Part shown: positions 49,896-59,989 of the stretch, piece by piece
Numbering within the stretch: the stretch's first letter is position 1
How the letters are laid out: every line of letters starts with the position of its first letter
DNA from: Halodesulfurarchaeum sp.
GTDB taxonomy: Archaea > Halobacteriota > Halobacteria > Halobacteriales > Halobacteriaceae
Reading direction: 5' to 3'
Assembly: GCA_034520565.1 (NCBI GenBank)
Contig: JAXHNL010000002.1
Span: 64,001 to 128,000, forward strand
Length of the DNA stretch: 64,000 bases
Notes under the pieces: model-generated
Told to the model about the DNA's origin: nothing
What the model saw: the letters and a program-made list of their open reading frames with translations, nothing else
Databases searched by the model: none
Position numbers and translations under genes: made by a program

Positions 49896-51977
49896 TCAAA
49901 GTTTGTCGGCGGCTTTCGCTTGGTCGCTTCGACGGTTAGCCTGATCGAGGCGATTGCTCGTGGCTCGAGCGAGGCTCTCCGGGAGTGAGTCTTTTGCCGC
50001 TTCCAGTCTGGTTGCGACGCGGTTCAGTCGCTCGATCACCGTATCGAGGTTCTGGTCGGCTTGATCCCGCTCCCCGGCCTCTGCGGCCTCAGCCGCACGC
50101 CGCGCAGCGTCGGTAACGGCGTCCAGTGCGTTCGCAAGCCCTCTAACGGCGTTTTCCCTGCCCCCACCATCCTGTTGATCGTCGTCACCGTCGTCGCTAT
50201 CACCCTCGACGGCCGCCACTTTGTCTCGGGTCTCCTGGGTGACAGCTGCGAGGTACTCCGCGAGCGGTGCCTTTCCGGTGCGTGGATTGTCCACCCGCAC
50301 GCGCTCTTCGTCACCAGGGTTGATGCGGAACGCGCCGATCTCGCCGTCGCTATCTCGGACTTCCGTCGTGTACGCCCCGCCGTTGTGGACGTAGACGGCG
50401 TCCGGACCTGACAGCGGTGCGTCGTACATGCGCCCCGCGAAATCGTCCTCGACGGCGAGATCTCGCAGGTCGGTGTCCGCCTCGCTCGGATCGATCTCCA
50501 TTTTCACGGCGTGCTCGCGGGCGACGACGGGTATCTCTCCCTCGATACCGGCCGGCGTCACCGCGTCGTCCGCGGCAACGGTCACGGTCTCAGAGTGGGG
50601 TGTGACGCCTGCGCCGTTGATCGTCAATTCGTGGTCGCCTGCAGGAACGTCCTGAACGACGGCGATACCGTTGAACGTGGGGACAGCCTCTGGGTCACTC
50701 TGCAACAGCGCGAACATCTCAAGCGGCGAGGAGACGGTCGTCAGTCCCTCGTCCTCCGGGGCATCCTCCTCGGAGACGGCGTTCGTCACCCCGGCGACGA
50801 CCTGGCCAACAGGAGACGGCTCACCAATGGCATCATAGCGGTCGGCCAGCGCCTGCCTGTGTTTCGGCTCGCTGATGTCGGAAGCGGGGTTCTCGTAGCG
50901 CAGGTCCTTCCACGGGACGCCCGCGGTAGTGATATGGCTCGAAACGGCGTTCTCCGCGAACTCCGGGATGGTGAACTCGAAGCTCAACTGCGGCCCGACG
51001 AAGTCGTCGATGTGTTCGAGATCGCTGCTCGGACGCAGGTCGTAGGGCACGTCGGTTTCCGCGACCTGTGCATCGTAATAGTCGAATCGGTAACCGGTCT
51101 CCCGTTCGGGGAGTTCCGGCGGCGATTGCAGCTCGTCAAACGAGCGGATCGTGAGCTCGTCCGGCATGAGGTCCGAGGCGTCCACGGATGGCAGTCGGTC
51201 GTGCTCGTAGATCGGTTCTTCGTCGAGTTCCGGAATCGAGTAGGGGAGCGCAAAGCCTTCGTCCCGCGGGAGGCCGTACGCCAGCGGAATAGCCGCGAGG
51301 GCGTCGATACCGTCGATGACGCTGTTGGTGATGTCGGCGACGCTACCCGCTAGCGGGAGTCGCTGGAAGTGTTCGGCGTCGTCGTTGACCGAGAGCCCGC
51401 TGGAGTGTGACCCGAGTTCGGAGAGAATCCGCGGTCTGACAGGCTCGGGGTCCAGAAACTCGTTGTTCGGGACGTTCCGAGAGTGGGAACTTGCCACGTG
51501 GAGTTGAATGTCCCCAGTGTCGCTATCCACGAACACCTGCAGGAGTTCCCAGTCGTGCCAGTGGAAGTTCGCGGTGAACTGGTCGAACACGGAGTAAAAC
51601 CAGAACTGGACGACCGCCAGCGAGGATCCCTCGTACTCGACGACGTTGTAGAAGCCGGTCGGCGCGGGCGGGTCGTCTGCACCACCCTGTTCGACGTAGC
51701 CGTCGAGTGCATCGAAACCGTCGACGACCGTTTCCCCGTCGAGTTCGCGCTCGAACGGTCGGGGATCCGTCGGGAACCACCGCTCGTTTTCGTCGAAGTA
51801 AAGCGTCGGTGCGAACTGTTCAGCGAGTGCCTGGGCCCGCTCGCCGGTGACAGTCGACACGCCGCCATCGTCGCCGGTGTCGAACATCGAGCACCCGGCA
51901 AGCGCCGCTGTCCCGCCTCCAGCAAGGGAGGCGAGGAACGTTCGTCGATCGAAGTCGATTGGATTCTGTTCTGGCAT
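49896..51977 (-). CDS. Large Tat lipoprotein with Vps62/NPP1-like N-terminal domain
   Basis: DRRTFL and LAGC; FAPTLYFD.NE.WFP, QFWFY, NFHWHDWE, SSH; helical C-terminus. Confidence 0.75.
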   Translation of the reverse strand: MPEQNPIDFDRRTFLASLAGGGTAALAGCSMFDTGDDGGVSTVTGERAQALAEQFAPTLYFDENERWFPTDPRPFERELDGETVVDGFDALDGYVEQGGADDPPAPTGFYNVVEYEGSSLAVVQFWFYSVFDQFTANFHWHDWELLQVFVDSDTGDIQLHVASSHSRNVPNNEFLDPEPVRPRILSELGSHSSGLSVNDDAEHFQRLPLAGSVADITNSVIDGIDALAAIPLAYGLPRDEGFALPYSIPELDEEPIYEHDRLPSVDASDLMPDELTIRSFDELQSPPELPERETGYRFDYYDAQVAETDVPYDLRPSSDLEHIDDFVGPQLSFEFTIPEFAENAVSSHITTAGVPWKDLRYENPASDISEPKHRQALADRYDAIGEPSPVGQVVAGVTNAVSEEDAPEDEGLTTVSSPLEMFALLQSDPEAVPTFNGIAVVQDVPAGDHELTINGAGVTPHSETVTVAADDAVTPAGIEGEIPVVAREHAVKMEIDPSEADTDLRDLAVEDDFAGRMYDAPLSGPDAVYVHNGGAYTTEVRDSDGEIGAFRINPGDEERVRVDNPRTGKAPLAEYLAAVTQETRDKVAAVEGDSDDGDDDQQDGGGRENAVRGLANALDAVTDAARRAAEAAEAGERDQADQNLDTVIERLNRVATRLEAAKDSLPESLARATSNRLDQANRRSDQAKAADKL

Positions 51978-52050
51978 ACTATCTCTCCATTGGTTCCGGA
52001 TACAACGGGCAGACCGAGCGGCGCCCGTGAGATAAACGGCCCGTCACGGG

Positions 52051-52584
52051 TTAGGCCACCTGTTCGCTGCTCTGGAACGTGACCGTCGTGTCGTCCGATT
52101 GCACGGTCGTGAGGATGGTGATCCACCCGTCTTCCTGATCGATCATGAGCCCCTCTTGAAGCGACAGTTCAACCCGTTCCGTGGTCGTGTGGGTGCCACC
52201 AGCCTCCATGGTGCCGACTTCTTCCGTGCCTTCCCAGACCATATCCGCCGAGTTAGTGTTGTCTTCTCCGGCGAAGATACGGACGTATACGGTGACGTTG
52301 GTCGCGGTCTCGTCTTGGTTATTAGTGAGTGATGAGGTCACGTCCCGGCACGTCGATCCACACGCTTCAATATCGTCTATCGAGAACGTGAACGGTTCTG
52401 CATCTTCAGTCGATGTCGCTTCTGATCCACCGACATCCGTGTCCTCCTCGGTCGGGAACTCCTCGATCTCGTCGCCGGAATTTCCACCGGGAGCCGGACC
52501 GACACCGGTATAGAGAGCCGCGCCAAGGCCCCCGACGATGATGAGAACGACGAGAACGCCACCGATCACGTACTTCTTATTCAT
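52051..52584 (-). CDS. Membrane-anchored hypothetical protein
   Basis: N-terminal TM helix, G.GPAPGG, CG.TCRDVT, Ig-like beta region. Confidence 0.75.
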   Translation of the reverse strand: MNKKYVIGGVLVVLIIVGGLGAALYTGVGPAPGGNSGDEIEEFPTEEDTDVGGSEATSTEDAEPFTFSIDDIEACGSTCRDVTSSLTNNQDETATNVTVYVRIFAGEDNTNSADMVWEGTEEVGTMEAGGTHTTTERVELSLQEGLMIDQEDGWITILTTVQSDDTTVTFQSSEQVA

Positions 52585-52593
52585 CTGTCCGGC

Positions 52594-53166
52594 CTACTCG
52601 TCTTCGTACTTGATCGCGATCCCGTCCGGAACGGGCTGAAGCACGTAGTTCCCCGTCTGTCCCTGGCTGACGGGGGTGAAGTCGGCTGTAAACACGGTGC
52701 GAGTGTTCTCCCTGATGTCGAATTGCTGGTTGAACGTGAGCGGGGCTTCCCCTGGCACTTCTACAGTTGCCGAACTGCCGTCTTCGAGGGTTGCCTCGAC
52801 CCCGTCGGTGTCGAGCTGCAGGAACTCGTATGTCGAGACTTCGAGTTCTTGTTCGTCGACCAACTGCGTATTTCCGTCCTGTAACTCGACCAGGTCGGCC
52901 TCTTGCGGTTCGTCGTACTCGTGGTACTCGCGATCGGCAGGATCTTCACCGTCTTCGTCACCGGCCGCTGCCCCCTCGGGGCCGAGCCACATGCCGACGA
53001 TCGTAACGACACATGATTCGAAGTCGGCGATATCCCCTGGTTGATCGGTTACTTGTGTCGCAAGCGTGCCTGTCGATCCACTGCCGAGACAGCCTGCCAA
53101 TCCGACTGTTCCGAGCGTTGCGATTCCAACCGTCTTGATGTACGAGCGTCGATCGAGTTCGTTCAT
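52594..53166 (-). CDS. DUF4382 domain Tat lipoprotein
   Basis: DRRSYI and LAGC; TDQPGDI.DF, DLV.L, F.ADF.PV, YVL.PV. Confidence 0.85.
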   Translation of the reverse strand: MNELDRRSYIKTVGIATLGTVGLAGCLGSGSTGTLATQVTDQPGDIADFESCVVTIVGMWLGPEGAAAGDEDGEDPADREYHEYDEPQEADLVELQDGNTQLVDEQELEVSTYEFLQLDTDGVEATLEDGSSATVEVPGEAPLTFNQQFDIRENTRTVFTADFTPVSQGQTGNYVLQPVPDGIAIKYEDE

Positions 53167-53585
53167 GATTGTATCCTCTGTTGTTTCCGGGTACAGTTGT
53201 CGGAATGCAGATGAACCACTTCCCCTGCAAGCACTGCGACGAGATCGTTTGCTCCGTTTTTCCCAGCCTTCATTTGGAATGGGTGGTTGCTTAAAATGGG
53301 GATATGGTCAACGCTGATTTGCCCGAATTAACCCCGCTTACGGGTTCCGACGGAGAAGCGGTGATCCGTGAACACCAATTGAGCGTTGACTTGGAGTGCG
53401 ACAGGAGACACAGCACGTCTCTTCACTGAAACGCTCGCTTCGAAAAAATCAGCAAGCGTCTCGAAGTGGGATGTGAGTCATTGACACTGAGTGTCCCAGT
53501 CACAACCTGCAAACGTCCCAGTTCGCCCGAAAACCGTCGTCACATTTATTAGATAGATCTGCAGAATGAGAACACGTGTTACACG

Positions 53586-53900
53586 ATGGCACGAGAAGAT
53601 GGCAAGCGAAACTTCGCACTGCGTGACCAGGACGGCGGAGAGGAGAGCGTCTTCTCCGGACAAACGCCCCGACAGGCCGCACTGAAGGCCGCCCGACGGG
53701 TGGACCCGTCCCCCAGTCAGGCGCGCGCAAAGGAGCAAACCACCGAGATCCGCCTCCGGGAGAAAGGCACCGACAAGGTGCACATCTACGACGCATGGGC
53801 GTGGGAGGAAGAAGCACCGCCGGACGCCCCAGAGTGGATGCCCGAACGGATCACGGAGGCAAACGTCTCAAAGCAGGGCACCCGCCACATGGAGAAGTGA
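53586..53900 (+). CDS. Non-histone chromosomal protein MC1 family
   Basis: KRNFALR, F.G..PRQAALKAARR, LREKGT.KVH.Y..WAW, P.WMP, VSKQG. Confidence 0.93.
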   Translation: MAREDGKRNFALRDQDGGEESVFSGQTPRQAALKAARRVDPSPSQARAKEQTTEIRLREKGTDKVHIYDAWAWEEEAPPDAPEWMPERITEANVSKQGTRHMEK

Positions 53901-54000
53901 TCGTCACATCGAGGAGTGTCCCGGAGAGGATTGATGGGACTGATTAAACCACGCGTACCCCATCCGAACGCCTATAACTGCCCCGTTACAACATGTCGAT

Positions 54001-54204
54001 ATGATCGAGGCTATCCCTCTCCAGGGTATCGGCGGCCTAGACGTGACCATCTCGTTACTTTGGGTAGTCTTCCTCCTGCTGGCCGTCTGGACGTACTTCG
54101 ACGCCGAGAAAAACAGCAGCCATCCGTCCATCCTCTGGGCACTCGTCGTCTTCATCGCACCGATTTTGGGGATTATTCTGTACTTCATCCTCGGCCGGAA
54201 CTAA
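54001..54204 (+). CDS. Small membrane protein (PLDc N-terminal-like)
   Basis: WTYFDA.......LWALVVF.AP.LG.ILYF..GR. Confidence 0.75.
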   Translation: MIEAIPLQGIGGLDVTISLLWVVFLLLAVWTYFDAEKNSSHPSILWALVVFIAPILGIILYFILGRN

Positions 54205-54300
54205 CGGTCCGTTGGCGGAGTTCGCAATGGTTGATCAAGGATAGCCGACTACTGCCACACTTGGGCCCGCACCGTCTCGCTGACGATCCTCGAAATCCGT

Positions 54301-54370
54301 GGTCCGTTCTGCCGGTGACTTCGTCCGACCGGGATGGTCAGTTCTGCCGGTGACTTCGTTCGACCAGGAT
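54301..54370. repeat. 35-bp tandem duplication
   Basis: ggtccgttctgccggtgacttcgtccgaccgggat / ggtcagttctgccggtgacttcgttcgaccaggat (3 mismatches). Confidence 0.85.
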
Positions 54371-54399
54371 TTGCCCGAGTGAACGGACGACGTTTCCAG

Positions 54400-55335
54400 T
54401 TACTGCAATTTCTCCTCGAGATGCTCGAGCATGTCCGCGGTCATCGACTCGAGGTCGTAGGTGTGCTCCCAGCCCCAGTCCTCGCGGGCCGCGGAGTCGT
54501 CGACGGCGTTCGGCCAGGAGTCCGCGATTTGCTGGCGGTCGTCGGGTTCGTAGTGGGCCTCGAAGTCCGGGAGGTGCTCCTGGATCGCCGCCGTGAGTTC
54601 GGTCGGGGTGAAGCTCAACGCGCCCACGTTGTACGAGCAGGGGTACTCGAGGTCGTCCCGATCGGCGGTGGCGATCCCGATGAGGGCGTCGATTGCGTCG
54701 GCCATGTACATCATCGGCAGTTCGGTGTTTTCGTGAACGAAGTAGGTGTACTCGCCGTTCTCGATGGCCTCGTAGAACACCTCGACGGCGTAGTCGGTGG
54801 TGCCACCCCCGGGCAGCGTCTTGTGACTGATGATGCCCGGGAGTCGGACCCCGCGAACGTCCAGTCCATAGTTCCAGCTGTAGTAGTTCCCCATGTGCTC
54901 GCCGAAGACCTTCGAGATCCCGTAGATGGTTCGTGGTGCGAGAGTGGTCATCTCACCCGGGTTCGGCGGCGTTTCGGGGCCGAAAACGGCGATCGAACTC
55001 GGAACGACGAGGCGGTCGAGCCCGTGTTCCCGACCGGCCTCGAGGACGTTGTGCATCCCGTCGATGTTCACCTCGAAGGCGAGTTGGGGCTTTTCCTCAC
55101 CGCGCGCGGAGAGGATCGCCGCGAGATGGAACACGGTGTCGACATCGTACTCCACGAGGGCCGCGGAGAGGGCTGCTCTGTCCCTGACGTCGATCTCTTC
55201 GGTGGGTCCGGACTCGTCGTCGGGTTCCGTGATGTCCGTCGCCACGACCGTTTCCACGTCGTCTCGTTCCCGCAGCGCCGGAACGAGTTCGGAGCCGATC
55301 TGTCCGCGAGCACCGGTCACCAGAACGTTCTGCAT
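54400..55335 (-). CDS. tdh: L-threonine 3-dehydrogenase, SDR/epimerase type
   Basis: TGARGQIG.EL, HLAAILSA.GE, PSSIAVFG, YGISK, PGGGTTDYAV, LPMMYM.D, RQ.IADSWP. Confidence 0.9.
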   Translation of the reverse strand: MQNVLVTGARGQIGSELVPALRERDDVETVVATDITEPDDESGPTEEIDVRDRAALSAALVEYDVDTVFHLAAILSARGEEKPQLAFEVNIDGMHNVLEAGREHGLDRLVVPSSIAVFGPETPPNPGEMTTLAPRTIYGISKVFGEHMGNYYSWNYGLDVRGVRLPGIISHKTLPGGGTTDYAVEVFYEAIENGEYTYFVHENTELPMMYMADAIDALIGIATADRDDLEYPCSYNVGALSFTPTELTAAIQEHLPDFEAHYEPDDRQQIADSWPNAVDDSAAREDWGWEHTYDLESMTADMLEHLEEKLQ

Positions 55336-55491
55336 ACGCCGAAATCTGTGCGGGACGCTAATAACACACGTGATTTTTCCCTGCTGAGGGTCGTCGCCAA
55401 TCGCCACGGGTGAACAGGTTCGACGCATCGCCGAGCAGCCAATACTGTCGAAGTGACACCATTCAAGTCCACCCATCCCATAGCGCGGTTC

Positions 55492-58257
55492 ATGCAAGCC
55501 ACCGGCCCCTTTGGGGCACTTCGGGAATTCGAACACGACGGCGAGTCGTATCGCATCGCCGATCTCACGGTCCTCGAGGAGGAGGGCCTCTGCGAACTCG
55601 ACGACCTGCCCGTCAGTATCCGACTGCTGCTCGAGTCGGTCCTCCGCCAGGCTGACGGGGAGAACATCACCGAAGAAGACGTCCGGAACGCGGCCGCGTG
55701 GGAACCTGACGTCCCGGAGGCGGAAGTCCCGTTCACCCCGTCCCGGGTGGTCCTCCAGGACCTCACCGGGGTACCGGCGGTCGTGGACCTTGCCGCGCTC
55801 CGATCGGCAGCCGAGCGCAAGGGCCGGGACCCGTCGATCGTCGAACCGGAGATCCCGGCCGACCTCGTCATCGACCACAGCGTCCAGGTGGACTACTACG
55901 GCTCCGGGGACGCCTTCCGGAAGAACGTCGAGATGGAGTACGAGCGAAACGCGGAGCGCTACCGGGCGATCAAGTGGGCCAACCAGGCCTTCGAGGACTT
56001 CAGCGTGGTGCCGCCGGGAACGGGCATCGTCCATCAGGTCAACCTCGAATACCTGGGCCGGGTCGTCCACGACCGCGAGAAAGACGGCGAGAACTGGCTC
56101 CTGCCGGACACGCTCGTCGGCACCGACAGCCACACGCCGATGATCGGCGGAATCGGGGTCATGGGCTGGGGCGTGGGCGGCATCGAGGCCGAAGCGGCCC
56201 TCCTCGGCCAACCGGTCACAATGAAACTCCCGGAGGTCGTCGGCGTCAAGTTGACGGGCGAACTGCCCGAGGGGGCCACCGCAACCGACCTGGTCCTCCA
56301 CGTCACCGAGAAGCTCCGGCAGGTGGGCGTCGTCGATCGCTTCGTCGAGTTTTACGGCCCGGGCGTCTCCGAGTTGACCGTCGCCGACCGGGCGACGATC
56401 TCGAACATGGCCCCCGAACAGGGCTCGACGATCAGCATGTTCCCGGTGGACGAGGCGACACTCGATTACCTCGAACTCACGGGTCGGGATCCGGAACACG
56501 TCGATCTCGTCGAAGCGTACCTGAAGGCACAGGGGCTCTTCGGCGAACAGAACCCCGAGTATACCGAATCGGTCGAACTCGACCTCGGGGACATCGAGCC
56601 CAGCCTGGCCGGGCCGAGCGAACCGGACCAGCGCATTCCGATGGGCGAGATGCGCTCCCACTTCAGGGAACTCGTCGCTGGTGAGACCGGGTACGGCGAC
56701 CTCGACGACGATGCCCTCAACCGGTGGCTGGAGAACGGCGGCTCTGCCGTGTCCCTCGAAGAGAGCGACGAGTTGCCCGTCGGCGATCTCAACGAGAAGT
56801 ACGAGATCGAGATGCCAAACGGGCGAACCACGGAGTTCGGCCACGGCTCCATCGCCGTCAGCGCCATCACGTCCTGTACGAACACCTCGAACCCCTCCGT
56901 GATGATCGCCGCCGGCTTGCTTGCTCGAAACGCCGTCGAGGCGGGCATCGACGTCCCGCCACACGTGAAGACCAGCCTCGCCCCCGGAAGCCAGGTCGTC
57001 ACCGAGTACCTCGAGGAGTCGGGGCTGCTCGAGGATCTCGAGGCGCTTGGCTACCACGTCGTCGGGTACGGCTGCACCACCTGCATCGGGAACGCTGGCC
57101 CACTACCGGATCCCGTCGAGGACGTCATCGACGAGCAGGACCTCTGGGCCACGAGCGTGCTCTCGGGCAACCGCAATTTCGAGGCGCGGATCCATCCGAA
57201 GATCCGGGCGAACTACCTCGCCAGCCCCCCGTTGGTCGTGGCCTTCGGACTCGCCGGTCGCATCGACGTCGATCTGGAGACCGATCCGCTCGGGTACGAC
57301 CCCAACGGCGAACCGGTCTTCCTCGAGGACATCTGGCCGGATCCACAGGAGATCCACGAGGTCATGACTGCAAGCGTCCATCGGGAGATGTTCGAGGAGA
57401 AGTACGACTCGGTACACGAGGGAGACGAACTCTGGAACGATCTCGAAGCCCCGACCGGTGACGTTTACGAGTGGGACGAGGAGTCCACGTACATCCGCGA
57501 GCCGCCGTTCTTCAAGGACTTCCCGCTGGAGAAGCCGGGTGTCGAGAACGTCGAGGACGCCCGCTGTCTCATGACCCTGGGGGACACGGTAACGACCGAC
57601 CACATCAGCCCAGCCGGGCCGTTCGGCCCGGACCTGCCGGCGGGTCAGTGGCTCATGGATCAGGGGGTTGATCCGGTCGATTTCAACACCTACGGCTCCC
57701 GCCGGGGCAACCACGAGGTCATGATGCGGGGGACCTTCGCGAACGTCCGCATCGAGAACGAGATGCTCGACGGAACGGAGGGGGGGTACACGATCCATCA
57801 TCCGACCGGGGAGGAAACCACCGTTTTCGAAGCCAGCGAACGGTATCGCGAGGACGACACGCCACTCGTCGTAATGTCCGGGATCGAGTTCGGAACCGGA
57901 TCGAGCCGGGACTGGGCCGCGAAAGGGACGGACCTGCTCGGAATTCGGGCCACCATCGCGGAGAGCTACGAGCGCATTTACCGGGACAACCTCATCGGGA
58001 TGGGCGTCCTACCACTCCAGTTCGCCGAGGGCGATTCCTGGGAATCACTCGGACTCGACGGCACCGAACGCTACAAGATCGCCGGACTCGAAAATGGCCT
58101 CTCCGTGAACGCGGAACTGACCGTCACCGCGACCCACGAGGACGGATCGACGACCACCGTCCCCGTAACCGCCCAGGTCGGGACGCCGGCTGGAGTCGAG
58201 TACGTCGAGCAGGGGGGTATTCTGCACTTCGTGCTTCGGCGACTCCTGACAGAGTAG
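55492..58257 (+). CDS. acnA: Aconitate hydratase AcnA
   Basis: QDLTGVP, DHSVQVD, GTDSHT, AITSCTNTSNP, GCTTCIGN, TTDHISPAG, GSSRDWAAKG. Confidence 0.97.
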   Translation: MQATGPFGALREFEHDGESYRIADLTVLEEEGLCELDDLPVSIRLLLESVLRQADGENITEEDVRNAAAWEPDVPEAEVPFTPSRVVLQDLTGVPAVVDLAALRSAAERKGRDPSIVEPEIPADLVIDHSVQVDYYGSGDAFRKNVEMEYERNAERYRAIKWANQAFEDFSVVPPGTGIVHQVNLEYLGRVVHDREKDGENWLLPDTLVGTDSHTPMIGGIGVMGWGVGGIEAEAALLGQPVTMKLPEVVGVKLTGELPEGATATDLVLHVTEKLRQVGVVDRFVEFYGPGVSELTVADRATISNMAPEQGSTISMFPVDEATLDYLELTGRDPEHVDLVEAYLKAQGLFGEQNPEYTESVELDLGDIEPSLAGPSEPDQRIPMGEMRSHFRELVAGETGYGDLDDDALNRWLENGGSAVSLEESDELPVGDLNEKYEIEMPNGRTTEFGHGSIAVSAITSCTNTSNPSVMIAAGLLARNAVEAGIDVPPHVKTSLAPGSQVVTEYLEESGLLEDLEALGYHVVGYGCTTCIGNAGPLPDPVEDVIDEQDLWATSVLSGNRNFEARIHPKIRANYLASPPLVVAFGLAGRIDVDLETDPLGYDPNGEPVFLEDIWPDPQEIHEVMTASVHREMFEEKYDSVHEGDELWNDLEAPTGDVYEWDEESTYIREPPFFKDFPLEKPGVENVEDARCLMTLGDTVTTDHISPAGPFGPDLPAGQWLMDQGVDPVDFNTYGSRRGNHEVMMRGTFANVRIENEMLDGTEGGYTIHHPTGEETTVFEASERYREDDTPLVVMSGIEFGTGSSRDWAAKGTDLLGIRATIAESYERIYRDNLIGMGVLPLQFAEGDSWESLGLDGTERYKIAGLENGLSVNAELTVTATHEDGSTTTVPVTAQVGTPAGVEYVEQGGILHFVLRRLLTE

Positions 58258-58349
58258 GTGAGACACTCACACCAGATATTGTGACTGCTCTCTCGGTGGC
58301 CAATGGGGTCGAAATCGTGTTGTCGCGCCAATTAATTCGATTTCGACGG

Positions 58350-58392
58350 GTCGAATGTGATGGACAGTCGAGGTGTCGAATGTGATGGACAG
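58350..58392. repeat. 18-bp direct repeat with 25-bp period
   Basis: gtcgaatgtgatggacag at 58350-58367 and 58375-58392, upstream of the kinase gene. Confidence 0.8.
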
Positions 58393-58441
58393 CCGTCAAA
58401 CGACCAAAGGTTTATCGCGATGGTCTCTCATCAACCGTTTG

Positions 58442-59989
58442 ATGAGTCCTCGGCTGAATTACGGCGGCCTGGTCATCGCCGGAGTGGGATTTTTCCTCAC
58501 GCGGTTCACCGTGACACTCGCCATCGGGGACCCCCGCCAATTCTACCTCGCCGGCGTCGTGCCACTTCTGTTGGGGCTCGGGTTGGCGGCATTCGGCGTC
58601 GCCTTAACTGTCGCCGACGTCGATGCGGCACTCGTCAGGACGACAGCGATCTGGTGTGTCCTCGGTGCCGGGTCGATGCTGGTCCTTGTCGTCCTCACGC
58701 TTTTGGGTTCAAGCCCCGACGGTGCCCTGAATCTCGAGACCGTTCGGTCCCAGACCACACTCTCGACCTTCCTCATCGGCGGAAGTGTCGGAGGGACACT
58801 GACCGGGCTCTACGCTGCTCGTAACCGAAGACAGCGCGACGAACTCGCCCAACAAACAAACAGGCTCTGGGTGCTCAACCGAATCCTTCGCCACGAGGTT
58901 CTCAACGCGGTGACCGTGATTCGCGGATATTCGACACTTGACAGCGATGAATACGATACCGGCAAACGGATCGAGGAGTACTCGGAAAGTATCGAGCAAA
59001 CGATCGAAGAGGTAAAGCACCTCACCCGCACGGGCACGGCGAGGGAAGCGTCGACCGGTGCCGTCGATCTGAAAGACCATCTGGAAGCGAGTGCCGAGTC
59101 GGTACGCGAACAATTCCCGGACGCGGATATCTCCCTCGAGATGCCCGCCGGGGAGTTAACTGTTCGAGCCAACGAACGGCTGACACAGGTTTTCACGCCA
59201 CTAATCGAGAATGCCGTCGTCCATGCTTCCCGACAGCCACCGACGGTCGAGATCGGGGTGACGACGACTGCGGCAATGGTCCGGATTTCCGTCACTGACG
59301 ATGGGCCGGGCCTTCCCCAGCGCCACCGAGCGTTGCTGGAAACTGGCGAGATCGAGGAGTTCGACGACCCCACAACGGGGTTCGATCTCAATCTCGTTCG
59401 GCTCCTCGTCGAAAACTACGAGGGGAGAATCGAGACCGAGGTGAACGACGGCACGACAGTGGAGGTCGTCCTGATGCGAGCGGGGGACACGGGAACGAGT
59501 GTCGAACCGAGCCGGTCGCGGTTGACGGGCGTCAGTCCGGCTACCCCGCATCTGGTAGTCACCCTCGGAGCGGCGCTACTCGCCGGTATTCCGTATGGCA
59601 TCGTGGCCGAACAACTCGGCGGATCGATCGCGGCAATCGGCGTCTTCTACGGGGTCAATGACCCGATCGTCGGGTGGCTCACCCACGAATTCCACAGTGC
59701 CGTGTTCGGGTTCGTGTTCGCGGGGATCGTCTCGCTGGCGCCGGCCCGCTACACCAATCATGTCCCCGCCTACGTGGCAATGGGAATCGGCTGGGGCCTC
59801 ACACTCTGGGCACTGGCAGCCGGGTTCGTTGCACCCCTCTGGCTCAATCTGCTGGGCATCTCCATGCCGATCCCGACGTTCTCGACGGTGATACTCCTGA
59901 GCCACCTCGCCTGGGGGATCTCACTTGGCGTACTCACCGCACTCGGTTACAGACACGTCACGCCGTGGCTCGTTCGGCTCCGGCGGTGA
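58442..59989 (+). CDS. Membrane sensor histidine kinase with extra C-terminal membrane domain
   Basis: Four N-terminal TM helices, NRILRHEV.N H box, LIENA..H, DDGPG; C-terminal 4-TM region with GW..H..HS.VFG and H..WG. Confidence 0.85.
   Translation: MSPRLNYGGLVIAGVGFFLTRFTVTLAIGDPRQFYLAGVVPLLLGLGLAAFGVALTVADVDAALVRTTAIWCVLGAGSMLVLVVLTLLGSSPDGALNLETVRSQTTLSTFLIGGSVGGTLTGLYAARNRRQRDELAQQTNRLWVLNRILRHEVLNAVTVIRGYSTLDSDEYDTGKRIEEYSESIEQTIEEVKHLTRTGTAREASTGAVDLKDHLEASAESVREQFPDADISLEMPAGELTVRANERLTQVFTPLIENAVVHASRQPPTVEIGVTTTAAMVRISVTDDGPGLPQRHRALLETGEIEEFDDPTTGFDLNLVRLLVENYEGRIETEVNDGTTVEVVLMRAGDTGTSVEPSRSRLTGVSPATPHLVVTLGAALLAGIPYGIVAEQLGGSIAAIGVFYGVNDPIVGWLTHEFHSAVFGFVFAGIVSLAPARYTNHVPAYVAMGIGWGLTLWALAAGFVAPLWLNLLGISMPIPTFSTVILLSHLAWGISLGVLTALGYRHVTPWLVRLRR

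Noticed and set aside
54400-57057. 885-aa minus-strand ORF
   Set aside because: Only 54400-55335 is tdh; the rest is antisense to acnA and open because of GC codon bias
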